NCBI RefSeq assembly: GCF_040938485.1
Contig: NW_027272293.1
Location: 310,001-374,000 of the forward strand
Length of the DNA stretch: 64,000 nucleotides
Direction: 5' to 3'
Source of the DNA: Diadema antillarum
Taxonomy: Eukaryota
The notes beneath the pieces were generated by a model. That model did no database searches. It was not told where the DNA came from and worked only from the letters and a program-made list of their open reading frames with translations. A program made the position numbers and the translations under genes. Below, piece by piece: positions 1 through 11,800 of this stretch. Within the stretch, counting starts at the first letter, position 1. Every line of letters starts with the position of its first letter.

Positions 1-399
1 CTCAACATCAGATAGTGCCCTCTCTCCAGATGATGTCCTGGCAGGGTACCACTACGTTCCACAAATTCGGCACTTGGTCTCATTTTCCTAACCTTTAGGT
101 AAAGCCCCTTTTCTTTGACGTATGCGAAATCCCCTGCCATATTGGTTATTCTTACGTTCCAGTTGGGTCCCAGGATGGCATTCAGTTCATTCATTAGGTT
201 ACGGTCTTGAGTATTTTTACAAGGTGCAAGTACTTCCTCGAACACCAGTGGATCTACAGGGACACGTGCCACGCACTCCGGATTCTGGTTTGGATATGCT
301 GATTGTAAGCTTTTCCTTTATGGCAAGCCTGAACGCAGTATTGACATCACTTGCTGTTCCGCAGCTGCCTGAAAAATCCTCTTTGGTGATGAGATCCGC
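1..399 (-). pseudogene. Frameshifted exon of an unidentified - strand gene running off the left edge
   Basis: Acceptor aatttcag| at 400. Frame A reads ADLITKEDF...NTAFRLAIKE; frame B (from about 311 to base 1, about 100 codons open) reads SLQSAYPNQNPECVARVPVDPLVFEEVLAPC...LNAILGPNWNVRITNMAGDFAYVKEKGLYLKV...HLERGHYLML. Deleting one base of the T4 run at 311-314 joins the two frames. Confidence 0.55.
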
Positions 400-1027
400 C
401 TGAAATTAAAAGACAAGTTCATACAATCTCTCTGTGAATCAAAGATGATGATACTAAATACCCATCATTTATTAGAGAAGTGGTAAGTATACACACAAAG
501 GATATGTAGGTAGAAAGGAATTATGCACAATGAATGTATTTTATAATGGCTTTATCCCTTCGGCAGTGTAATGTTAAACACGGGTTACATGTTTAATAGG
601 AATATACGTTTTCCTGTTCAATTTCGTATTAGTGCATGCAAGAGTATAGAGAGTCATTCAATTTCGATAGGGCAACAAAATAATGGGCATTCAGTTTCAC
701 ATTAGAGCAATCAAAAGAGTAAACACGTTATTTAGATTCCATATACCACAGGGCATTCAAGTAAGCACGAAAAGACACGTGACTGAAGATTCCTGGTAGA
801 TTATATGAATTATGTTACACAATTCAAGAACAAGCATCTTTTCCAATTATACATGTTGATTCCTGGTGACGTGCAATACTGCATAAATCTCATTTTATTG
901 TGTTACTTGTTCATCTTCACATTGTATACAATGTGTGACAAATTTTCAAACATTTTTGTCAATCATATCATTTCCTCAAATCTAAGCTTCACCCTAAAAA
1001 AAAATGATGAAAAAATAAGAGTAACAT

Positions 1028-1200
1028 CGCTCTGCTTTAGATATCTCGATTCAGCCATTTCAAAACCAATTTTCATCAAATAAATGTTGAATTCCTCATG
1101 GAATTACATGCTCTTTCATGTTTCTCATTGATATCTCACAAAAATGTTAGCGTTAGAAACCTGAAATTAGGTCTCAACCAAAACTATACGAGCCCTTTAA
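1028..1200. mobile_element. Right-hand part of a TTAA-flanked (Kolobok/T2-type) MITE, family B
   Basis: Closely matches 45257-45433 (cagccatttcaaaa.caattttcatcaaataaa.gttgaattcctcat.gaattacatgctctttcat...gaaacctgaaattagg..tcaaccaaaactata...ccctttaa). Confidence 0.75.
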
Positions 1201-3047
1201 GGTTGGTGCTGTGAGCATGTTAGACTAGATCTAGAGTGTTACGGTACACAGTTTACTGTTTTTAGTGTTACTGTTAGTGACGGTTTGATGAATGCACAAA
1301 TAGTTTTGACCTTTAGGTTTAAAATCTCTTGTATTAATAATACACTAGTTTGATTCGTTACAGGTTCTATTCTACATCGGCGCTATACAGTTAGGCCTAC
1401 ATGAGACAATACTTAAACATGCTTCAAAATATTAGAATGATGTTTAGTAGAGTTTAACGTTAGGGCTGTAGAGTTTAACGTTTGTCGTTAGGCCTACCTC
1501 GACATCAAAGGCTGACTTTTTGTTCCACTGGCACTGCAGTTGTTTTCTCCTGGGTCTCCGCGAGTTTTTTGAAATGTCCGATGGAATATGAAGCACATCT
1601 TCTCCTTGGTCTTTGGGTTGGGTGTTCATTCATTGGTTCCAGAATGAAGTAGCCTAGTACTAGTAGAATAGAGTACTCGATGAATTTGTCCAAATATGAA
1701 ATAAGTTCTAACAGTATTATCGTGTTGCATGCATACGTATACTGAATAACTAAGCTAGCTAGCTAAGACCCTATTATTAGTGCATGCATTATACAGCTGC
1801 GCGTATCGCATGCTGGTATTTCGCGGAGCGCGACCACGCTAGCCAGTCGTCCAGCACTAGCTCGTGATTGGCTAATATCTTTGACCTGTGTTTGTATGCA
1901 AATGAGGTCAACGCGTGATCAATTAATAAATATTCATTATACACTATCAGCAACGGGTTTCAATTGGTTGTATGTTAATGAAAATATGACATCATCCCTC
2001 ATTAAGAGTTTGTCCGCCGACGCGTGTAGACTTTTTGTAATGGATTGAAAAAAACAGACGAATACATACACGCATAAATGAATATTAAAAAAGACGAAAA
2101 AAAAAAGAAGAAGAAAGTTATAGAGAAGCCGCCTACAACTTTTGGGGATAGAGATCTTTCTCTTCGGTAGCTCCACATCTTTGAAACTGAAAGTATGAGA
2201 TTACTAAGCAGAGGGGTGAAGATGTGGGGCATGAGTTTTCTTCAATTTGTCTCGTCCTGTAGGCCTACAAACGAAATTTGTAAGATCGCAACTGCTGATC
2301 TACATTTTAACTAACATGTCGGGGGAAAAATGAACCAGCGAGAATACAGACCTGTCATAGGCCTGATACTGCTTTCCAGGCAGCGACACTGCCACCAGGC
2401 TATCCACACTGGTTGTCGGCAGTGACAAAATGAGCTTTGGACAATATTCAAGCTCCCAAATTCTGACATTGTTATGTTAAGTAGTCCAGGCGGACAATGC
2501 ATACGCCGTGTTGATATTAGGCAGAGGGTATGAAGATAACTATGGGGGCGGGTTACATGAATCTTCTTCAAATTGTCTCCCTCTGGGGCCTACTGTAACA
2601 GCATATACTATGACATGTTCGATTCCCGTTAGTTCCTTTTTACGACTTGTTTGTCGAAAGATGGGGATTAACAGATGTGATCTTACACAGATAATTATTA
2701 CAGAGAGATACAAATTGATGAAAATCTCATACCCCATAATTATCTTTAAAAGTCGCTACCAATCCAACTTAGGGATATTTTTTAATGAATTGTAACAACC
2801 TTTCACACATACCTTCAAATCTAAGCTAAAAACCTAACTTTTGCATTACTTTGTGAATAATGTGTAGCATATTATTGGAGCTGGGTGTCTTTGAATGTTG
2901 TTTCTTTTAACAGATAAATAGCGCTACATACTTAATAGATGCTTTTCATCGATCGTCGTCATCAAAGGAAAAAGAAAACAAAAAGAAAGGACAAGAAAGA
3001 ACCACTGATCTCCCCCCCCCCCCCTGCAAAAATCATCGTAGATGGCG

Positions 3048-3356
3048 CTAGAGATATAAACAACGATGCGCGACTGACGTGTACAGTTTCAGCTCGAGTG
3101 TACCAACTGAATGCGAGTCCTGCATGTGCTGCAGAAATGAATGGACTTTGCCCAGTTGCTGCTTCGATTCATCACCATCAACTTGATCCGTGTACAAGTT
3201 CAATACAATTGTACGAGAGCTGAGCCGTGAGTGAGGTTCTACATGCCTTGATGTCGATGATATGATCGAAGAATCGGGAATTTCATCCCAGACGATCTCC
3301 GTCGACCTTCGCTCTAGCCAGGAAACCGTTTCCACTTCGATGTTGTCAAGTTTCAT
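3048..3356 (-). other. Possible upstream exon of the same - strand gene (102-codon ORF with internal donor AC|gtcagt near 3079)
   Basis: CpG-rich ATG-started ORF MKLDNIEVETVSWLERRSTEIVWDEIP... Further exon-like pieces lie at about 2140-2256, 2350-2590 and 1514-1654, but I could not join them into one clean frame. Confidence 0.35.
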
Positions 3357-3638
3357 TTTACAGTGGTATGGCGACTAGTGTGAAACTGAAAGGTATTTTA
3401 CATAAATACTCAGTAACGTTAATAGTCGTTAGTCTAGTAAATTTAGACGGGAGTAGGACTAGGAGTCGGATCTAAATTAACAAAACTAACAGCGCGTTAG
3501 AAATGTCATTGTCAGATAGCCTTGTCCAAGAGATGTAATAAAATATCGGCAATTGTGCACTATCTGCTAGCATTCCAGTTCCACGTCCAAACATATCATG
3601 TTAATGTACAACTAAAGTATAACTGTACTGTAGTCGGT

Positions 3639-4095
3639 TTAAAGGTGGTCTACTTCTTTGAAGAGGCAGAGCTACCAAGTCTCACGCATTGTGAGTGAGA
3701 CTCATGCATTTAGGGTCTGTCTCACGATCTCATGCATTGAAAGGGGACAACTTTGCACCACAGGGAATGACACTAGAACCAGACAGGGAATTGCCTTTCG
3801 AACACTTTAATTCGGTCTTTAATTGGTACCGAAACGTCAACGTAAGTCCTCCGTGGACAGTCGCCATCTTTCGTTGTTCTTTCCGCCCTCTCTCGGCGTA
3901 TCTGTTACAACCGTTTACACATTATGTTCCCTTACAGCATGACACCCATTTTTCTCATGCATTGGGAGCATAGCTTAAATGATTAAAGTGCGAGTGGCAA
4001 CTGAAAGGCATATTTCCGTTTTGTCTTTCAAAATAAGTAAAAAATAGTCACTTAAGTATGCACCAGCTTCTGCCCTTCTACAAGTGTACCATTAA
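3639..4095. mobile_element. Old TTAA-flanked MITE with degenerate terminal inverted repeats
   Basis: Left ttaa-aggtggtctacttctttgaagaggcagag versus reverse complement of the right end, ttaa-tggtacacttgtagaagggcagaag. Confidence 0.35.
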
Positions 4096-4918
4096 GAGCC
4101 AAAAATTGAAAAAGCCCCCTACCGTGGGAGGGCGGACACCCCCCTCCCACACCCTCCCCTCGCTCAGTCGCTTCGCTCCCTCGCTCAAGCACATGCGTGC
4201 ACGCCGAGATGCTGGGTCATGAAAATCTCACTCGTGTCATAAAAAATTTTTGAAATTGGCATCTATGACAATATGAAGAGGGTCTATTAAGCGTGACACG
4301 GTGTTCGAAGTTTTGTAACGTGATAACTACCCATACTAGTAAATTACTAGTAGCACGGTACTGTATTCCTGCAGAATGAATGCCTGCAGGGATGTATTGT
4401 AAGTAAAAAGGACTGGTAGTATGCTTGCATTTGAGGCATATACCAAGTATGAGATTCGTGCAGAGACTTGCACGTTAATGATTAGGTACCCAGTATTTAA
4501 GAATCTGGAGTCTAGCAGTAGACTAGACCTAGATTCTAGTTAATCTGTCAATCATTCAATTAGAATCTTCCTGAATTACCTACGATGACGACCAGTAAGT
4601 TGAAGACTTGTAGAGGGCCATTCAGAGGATTCAATCTTTAAGAGAACAGCTGGATCAAAGTCTTCCATATCATGCAAAATCTTGAACAATTGAATCATAT
4701 CTGAACGTTCACGTCGATACTCCAAGGATGTAAAATTGTATCCTCATGCAATCTCCCTGTACTCTTAATATGAGAAAGAATGTCATGCATTTAGTGACAT
4801 GTATTTGCAATCATTGCTGATCATACTAAAAGGAGGGAGAATTAGTCGTGCACATCATTTTTTGCACTCAGCCGCATTTGATGAATTTTGTAGGTTTTTC
4901 TCTTTTTTTTAAATTCAG

Positions 4919-6191
4919 AGTCAAAAGGGGCCTGAGCTTTGAGTACATAGGTACTCTTCCTCACTGCACTGACAATTCTTCTCCCTTACAGCATGGCACC
5001 TTCAACTGCACAGCCAGTACCATACTATAGTAGGTGTAACTTGTAACATACACATCCATGAGGGTGACTTATGACTCGTTCGCCAGCAACTCTACCGGCC
5101 TCTCTCGCCATACCAAGGGCAACATCACTTGACTTGTACCACCACTAACGTCACGTAGACTGTATCTCACCACTTGCAGAGTTTGTAGGATCCAGCATGT
5201 AGGGGAAACCAAGACCACACTCAAAAGATGCTTCTACATATATGGGCACAGATCAACTGTCAACACAGCCAAACTGGACACTCCAATTGGCCACCATTTC
5301 AATCTCCCTATTTCACTCTGTCACAGACATGATTCTAGAGGGCATCAAATCTTTGGGCACTTGTCCGGAAACAGTCCCAACCAACAGAGAGAAGCTCTGG
5401 ATGAGATGACTTCACACAATCCAACCCCATGGCCTCAGCATCCAGAAGGGAAATGACTAACATAATTTCTGTCATTCCTTTATACTTTACACATGTTCCT
5501 AATAAGATGTACAACACTTATTCATGGTTTGTTCCTTCCTCTTGTCAGAGTTATGTTTGAATATAGCCCTTTCCACATACACCGCATACACTATTTTGTA
5601 TAATTTGTTTTTGTTTATATGTATAGTATACACATACATACATGCATATGTTTCTCCCTTTAGGATTTTTGCTTAGTATCAATCCAGTATATTTTACCTT
5701 TATGTATACATGGTGATCTGTTTTGTACTTTGTAATTATTGGTTGACTCTTACCTTCATTTTGTTGCCACATCTTTGTACACCAGGTTAGGGCTCGCTGC
5801 TTGTTCAGCACCCCCCCCCCCTTTCACTCATGCTCTTGCTATTTCACTATTTTCCTATTCTTTATCCCTTTGTTGTTCCTTATCTTGTTTGATGTTGCCT
5901 CCCTATTCATTGGTAGCCTTCCTAGGTTGCCCTCCCATGATCCTTGGGATCATCACTGACCCTCCTCTGCCTTTTGTCTGTTGCTTTAATCCCCCTTAAT
6001 ACCCCTGTTGGGCTCCATGCCTTTGATTTCTAGCCCACCCCTTTTATTTTCTTTGTTCTGTGTCCCTAGCCCTCCCCTGACTATGCTTGTTGTGTGTAGT
6101 CCTTATGTGATTGCTTTCCCTACTTGTTTGTCATTTTGCCTCTGAAGAAGATTCTGCTTGAATTGAAAGTTCAGACCCCTTTTGACTCCAA
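4919..6191 (+). mobile_element. 5'-truncated, degenerate Penelope-like retroelement (GIY-YIG endonuclease remnant plus 3' tail/pLTR)
   Basis: About 4960-5460 translates, with stops and frameshifts, to HGTFNC...KGNIT...YLTTCRVCRIQHVGETKTTLKRCF..GHRSTV...DTPIGHHFNLP..REKLWMR*LHTIQPHGLSIQ, the typical PLE GIY-YIG C-terminus. The 3' tail runs 5738-6191. A short inverted copy of the extreme 3' end sits at 4919-4941. Confidence 0.85.
6138..6176 (+). ncRNA. Minimal type-I hammerhead ribozyme motif (slightly degenerate) in the Penelope 3' tail
   Basis: GCCU-CUGAAGA-A-GAUUC-UGCUU-GAAUU-GAAA-GU-UC-AGAC: CUGANGA and GAAA cores, stem II GAUUC/GAAUU, stem I GCCU/AGAC with one mismatch. Confidence 0.6.
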
Positions 6192-6694
6192 GACATTGCA
6201 TTGTGACAAATGTACAAAAATCTGTAGCTCTATAACAAGCCAAAATATTTGTGTGCTGTTATATTTTCGCACTAGTTTCTGGTTGCGTGAAATGCGAACA
6301 AATTTCCACACTGCGAAAATTTCCACTTTTACAGTACATCATATGGATAAATATGTTGGCAAGCTAATGACAGGTATGAATTACCCTGTCATTTCCTCAT
6401 AACAGCCGTCTGGCAATATTTGTAACAATGTCATTATAATGACCAAAATAAGATCATCATGAAATTTTTAGGAAGCAGAGACATGTGAGAGTAACATCCT
6501 GTAAGCTAAAAAAAAAATCAAGTGTAATTTTTCAATCGTAACTGCAGGGCCCCTAGAAGTTTTAGGATGCCTGTTTTACTCCAGACACGATTTGCCACTA
6601 ATGCCATCGTAACACGATTACATTGGAAAGTTGTCAAATTTTCACAAATGAAGCGTGCTGGAGACTTGGATCATTGTTTTTTATTCTTGTAGGA

Positions 6695-7556
6695 TATTAT
6701 ACAAATGACGCACAGGTCTGAGTGCGTCAGTCGTAATTGTGTGCATAAGGTAACTATGGAATGCTTAATCCACGAGGCGAAGCTTAGTGGGTTTAGGCTA
6801 AATTCCATAGTTACCGCATGCACACTATATTCCGACTGACGCGCGAAAAGACATGTGCGTCATCTGTCATTGAATAGACCAGTGGCTAATCTCGCGCCGA
6901 GTGCGATAGTACGTGCCCCAATGCACGAACAAAATCATAAATTATTCGTTTTATACAACACCTTGTCCATAATCACAGTACTAAATCAGTGAACAGCAAC
7001 TCGGGAAGGTCCAAAAATAAATGTAACAATTAGGCCGAGAATTCTAAACCAAACACTCGCAATGATTCGACCACACAGTCACAGGAATCGCAAACACTGC
7101 AGGGTCTAACGTTAGGACCTACCCATTCTAACCGTTACGGCGTTTACTGATCACACTATCGTTAGATCGAGAACGCTAATGTTATTGTTAGGTCTAAGCC
7201 GATCTGAGATGTCGGTAGATCGTAGGTCTAGACTCTGTCTATTTCCGACAATGATTTTGTATGAAACCACAGAAAAAAAAAAATCAAATTACGGCTTCTC
7301 AACTTGATTTTGAGATCACTGTGGTCCATGTAGCAGATCCAAGTCAAAAGTAAAAACACAGCCGTAGGCCCTACTAAAGGCCATACATATCACTCAGTAC
7401 ATATACATGCAACTAGCTGCAGCTGCGTGCACACGTTGCATGTACTCGATGGCTGCGCCTTTCCTGTGAATGAACCGGTGCAGCGCTACAGCCAGCATGT
7501 ACACAGGATACATGTATGTACTTTGCTTGTGACGTCGAGCGGCCGTGCGTTAGTAG

Positions 7557-7587
<31 letters not shown>

Positions 7588-7745
7588 CGAAGCCGTGCAT
7601 TAGTACCTGCGAGCCGTGCAATAGGGGGCCTAATGCACGGCTGTCACTCTCAATGAGTTTGATAGGTATTTTTCTAATGAATGTCATGTGACATGTTCTT
7701 GGCCAATCACAATTCAACATCATTCTAAGGTGTTGTATAATAAAT
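6695..7745. mobile_element. CpG-rich palindromic non-autonomous DNA element (Crypton-like architecture, tentative)
   Basis: Foldback 6705-6863 with perfect stems ATGACGCACA, GCGTCAGTCG, GTGTGCAT and GGTAACTATGGAAT around a ccacgaggcgaagc core. Perfect 14-bp inverted pair TTATACAACACCTT (6951-6964) / AAGGTGTTGTATAA (7727-7740). Family label is from memory of similar GAGGCGAAGC-cored repeats. Confidence 0.45.
7557..7586. repeat. C30 homopolymer
   Basis: 30 consecutive C. Confidence 0.95.
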
Positions 7746-8731
7746 ACTGATGCATGGTTGTTTTAGCCAATAGGCGTCTCGTACTGAGTGCGCGAACGCT
7801 TGCTTTAGCACGCGAACCTTTGTTACAAGTACGCGTACTCTTGCTACAAGCGCGCGATAACATGTTTACCACTGTGACTCAGCGTGCGGCCAGTAAAAAT
7901 CAACACATACAAGCTTGTAGCTCTCGACCAATCAGATCGCAGGATTCTCGCTACCCATTCTATAAACATATGTGTGTTGATGGAACTTTGCCTCACTACA
8001 GCTAAAGCTACATTGTAAATTCTTGAACTTTTAATTATCTCAAGTGGAGACTGACCCTTTATGAAATCCACTGTTCTCGTAAGTTTGGTCCCAAATTAGG
8101 TGACAACTTCAGTTTTAAGTTGTTTTTTTGTGACGGAAGGATTAAATTCAGCTCTTGAAGCTTCTATTTTATGGAGCTGGAGCTCAGAATCGCATGATAA
8201 CTGATTGTCTAATTTCTTTTCTTCTAGGAAAACAAAAACATTAACTACTTTGTTCTTGTAATCTAGGACACATTTACTCTAATCTGAAAATCTGCAGATT
8301 ATGATTTTTTTTTTGATAGACCAGCATTATTTTTAGTTGCTACGTACACATATAAAAAGCTAGCACATCCCACATGTTCAGCATATCCCAAGGAGTTTAG
8401 TGCATTACTTACTGTTCCTTCAGGATGCATCCACATTCTATGGGGAGTCCATGATAGGTCTTAAAATGATATACAAAAGTGTACCATGTAGACACCCAGC
8501 AAAAAAAATAAAAGTAAATGAATAAAACACAGTAAATAAATAAAATAATAGTAATAATGATAATACTGAAGAAACACACAGCACACTGTAAGAAACTTAT
8601 CTAATTTCTGGTTTGCAGTTTATATGTAGAGTATTTATAATAAATGAACGCTGTTATGCATGTTATTTACTACCTGCAGATTTAGAGTGAGGGTGACATC
8701 TTGCAGAAGAGGAAACTTGCAGACTACCAAC

Positions 8732-8848
8732 ATGTGGGGGCGCATGTCAAACCTGGTGCAAAATGTCCAGGGAAGACTGGACACTGTGGTGGACAATGTC
8801 AACAAGTCTGTGAGTGAGGAGGAGGATGCAGGAAGAGGCACTAAGCAG
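8732..8848 (+). CDS. GOLGB1: GOLGB1 coding exon 1 (MWGRMSNLVQNVQGRLDTVVDNVNKS[VSEEEDAGRGTKQ])
   Basis: Acceptor cctgcag| at 8679, ACCAACATG start context at 8732. Two in-frame phase-0 donors: TCT|gtgagt (8810) and CAG|gtgaag (8849). Confidence 0.7.
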
Positions 8849-11800
8849 GTGAAGACTGCATCATGTACATTATGTATTACTTGTAGCATGCTTGTAATGT
8901 GTGTTTTCTTGAGATATTTTGACTATGCTTCCAGTTGTCTAATGTCAGCTCCTACTGTCTTTGATCCCATCATCAAAAGATTGTGATAACTCACAGTTGG
9001 TCTATGGCTTCATGAGTATGGTGAACTACAATTTATATGTATAGAAAGTGTCCACTTTCTTGTGTGTAGCCTCATATAGCTTCATACGTCCAGACATTTT
9101 TGTGCCACCTGATAAAGATGACATGTCACATCTTGATAGAATGATGCGAGAGCTTCAGTAGAGATTATTCACTGATCAATGAGCTTTCATGTAACAAGGA
9201 GAATCTTGGAGAATATTGTCTTAGACAGAAATTTTGCAATTCTAACAACCTGTTTGTGTGTATAATGTCTTGGCTCATGGATAGGTGCTGAATATATCAT
9301 TGACATTGTGATTTATACACAATATATGCACTGGCAACATTGTAATGAGATGCTGATACGGTGGAGTTAAGGGACCAGACAAAAATGTATGTTGCTTGAA
9401 GGTAAAGAGAGGAATTGGCTGAGCAGAAGTGATGACAGCAGCATGATTTTAGATTGTGAAGTAATTTGAGTTCAGAAATGAAAAGATACCAGAGTTCCTC
9501 TTATCACTTCATACATTACATCTAATAATCCTTGTGTAAGGGCTCTGTCTCCATGGACACCAGCACCATGTCTCCTGGTGATGCCAGCTTTGTCTCAGCA
9601 GGAGACTCTAGCTTCACCAGTGCCTCGGATGCCCAGGAGCAGCTGGCAGAGCAGAGCCGGCTACTGAGCCAGCTGAAAGACATGATCCGTCAGAAGGACA
9701 AAGAGTTGGTGGAGTCCACAGCCAAGCTGTCCAAGTTCAAGCTGCAGGCTAAGGCCAAGATTGCCACACTGACCAATCAGCTGGAAGAAGCCAAGAAAGG
9801 GGGCAAAGGCAAAACAGGAGATGATAAGGTAATTAACTCCAGCTGGGCAGCACAGGTCTCAAAGCTGTCAGAAGTGAGAGGGGATTTGGCAGAAACCACT
9901 TTCTTTGCATTAGAGTCTGTTCCAACCTCTCCTGTGGCCTCCTGTGTAACATATGAAATTTACTAATGTTTCTGTTACCCCCAAGGGTTTATGAATGCAT
10001 AGGACAAGCAGAGATGCAACAGGGACCAATATAAGCAATGTGGCAAACTGCCCCTTCAAAAACCTTCAAATCGAATCAAAACAAAACAAGCACACACAAA
10101 ATGAAAACAAAACCCAAAACAAAAACAAAAGGTGCATCCCAAAAGAAGAGCCAAAAACAAAGAGAGAGAGAGAGAAAAAAGGAATGATAATATAATCAAT
10201 GGATTCTACATGTACTACAGGGTAGCCTGTTATTCTCATAAATCATCACATAGATTGGCTGTTGATAAGATACGTATTGCTTCCTGTTTGTGAAACCTAT
10301 TGTAGAGGGTGCCTTAAAAAACAGAAGGGACTGCAAGTCTGCCTTTGCACTCACAGAACTCATCCACATGAAGAAATAACACAAATTGTGTTCTCACTGC
10401 TGTTAAAGTCTTATAGCTAATTGTTTCTTATAACTGAGACAAATGGGAGAGCTGGAGAATTTGTACAAAAGTAGCTATTGTCTGAACTGAGAAGATCTTG
10501 ATGGTGTATTGTCCATTCATCAAAACTAATTGAAGAAGCAGAACAATATGCACCATTCCAAATGGCAGATGTGAAAGAAATGATTACGTTGGTTGCTGTG
10601 GTAAACAGACAATCATGTCACGTTTTATATTACTGTATTTGCTAGTGATAAGGCCACACTATTTTTAACAGAAATAGAGCGATAAAGTCAAGATGGGGCC
10701 TATACGTCACTACAACCAAATCATAGTCTTTCCAACCCAGCAAATCACCTGCTTAATGAACCACACAAAATTATGCTTGGGACCCTACAATAATCCTATT
10801 GAGCAACTCCATAACATCCAATGAATTCATTAATTTTACAAACAGTGCTGTGTTCAGCAGTCCAGTGGCAACTTGTTTTATATCATTAGCTTCTAGTAGC
10901 AGTTGTTTCTGTGTGAATTTTGAGGAGATTGAAATGAAACTTTAAATATGAAGCGCAATGCAAACTTTGTTTGCATAGCCATAGTAGCGATTCTGATATC
11001 TAATAACCTGCCCTGTGGACATTACACAATACCACTCTCTCTGGCAGTACATTGCAATAAATATTTACCGTTCAAACATTTTTGCACGCACTCTCTTTTT
11101 CACACAAGTTTTATGCTCAAGTTTGACACTTCAAAATTTCGCGAACACATGCTCAATTATTCTTCACGTTACATGCTCAAAAATCCTGATGCAAGCACTT
11201 CATTCAGTCCATACCTGTAAAATTTCAAATAAAACAAACACAAACTTTTTTTTTTATTAACCTGTGAAAGCTGTACTGCCTGCGTATGTATGTTCATGAT
11301 TTTTTTATTATGGTTGTTACTTAAACTGTAAATAATCGATGTTTATGTACGGTACGTCAATGAAGGGCAATTTGTTGATTGCAATAAAAACAACTTGATG
11401 AATCATCAATTGTAATAGTATAAAGATTGGCTGAAATAGAAATGAAAATTGTTATCTAAATTCTTAAAAGTGGTGAAAATTTTACTGCACATTTCTTGTT
11501 GGCACAAGTCACCAAAAATGGGCTGTGGCTTATACTGCACTGCTGCCTTATTGCCAGTGAATACAATAACATACATGTATCAGTGAATTAGCTGCACTGG
11601 TGTATGATGCAAATTCCTTCTGTCTTGCCAGTATTCTGAAAGTATTTGAAAGATCAGATACAGTTGTTCCATATAACTTTTTGTGTGTGTCCTTATGCTG
11701 ATAGGAAGGAGCCAGTGATGATGCCTCTAGTAGAGGTAAACTTCTGGTCCTTAAGAAGAAGCTGGATGAGAAAGAGAAGGTTCTGGCAGAGAGTGAGTCC

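Noticed and set aside
122-403. + strand 93-aa ORF
   Set aside because: It is the shadow of the more protein-like - strand frames and has no recognisable motif.
1879-1915. Octamer ATGCAAAT and an inverted CCAAT, suggesting an snRNA or histone promoter
   Set aside because: No snRNA or histone sequence is nearby, and such motifs are common inside MITEs.
1200-7400. Frequent short palindromes (TAGGCCTA, TAGATCTA, CTAGTACTAG)
   Set aside because: They have no fixed spacing and recur at 55-57 kb; they look like a compositional feature rather than a discrete element.
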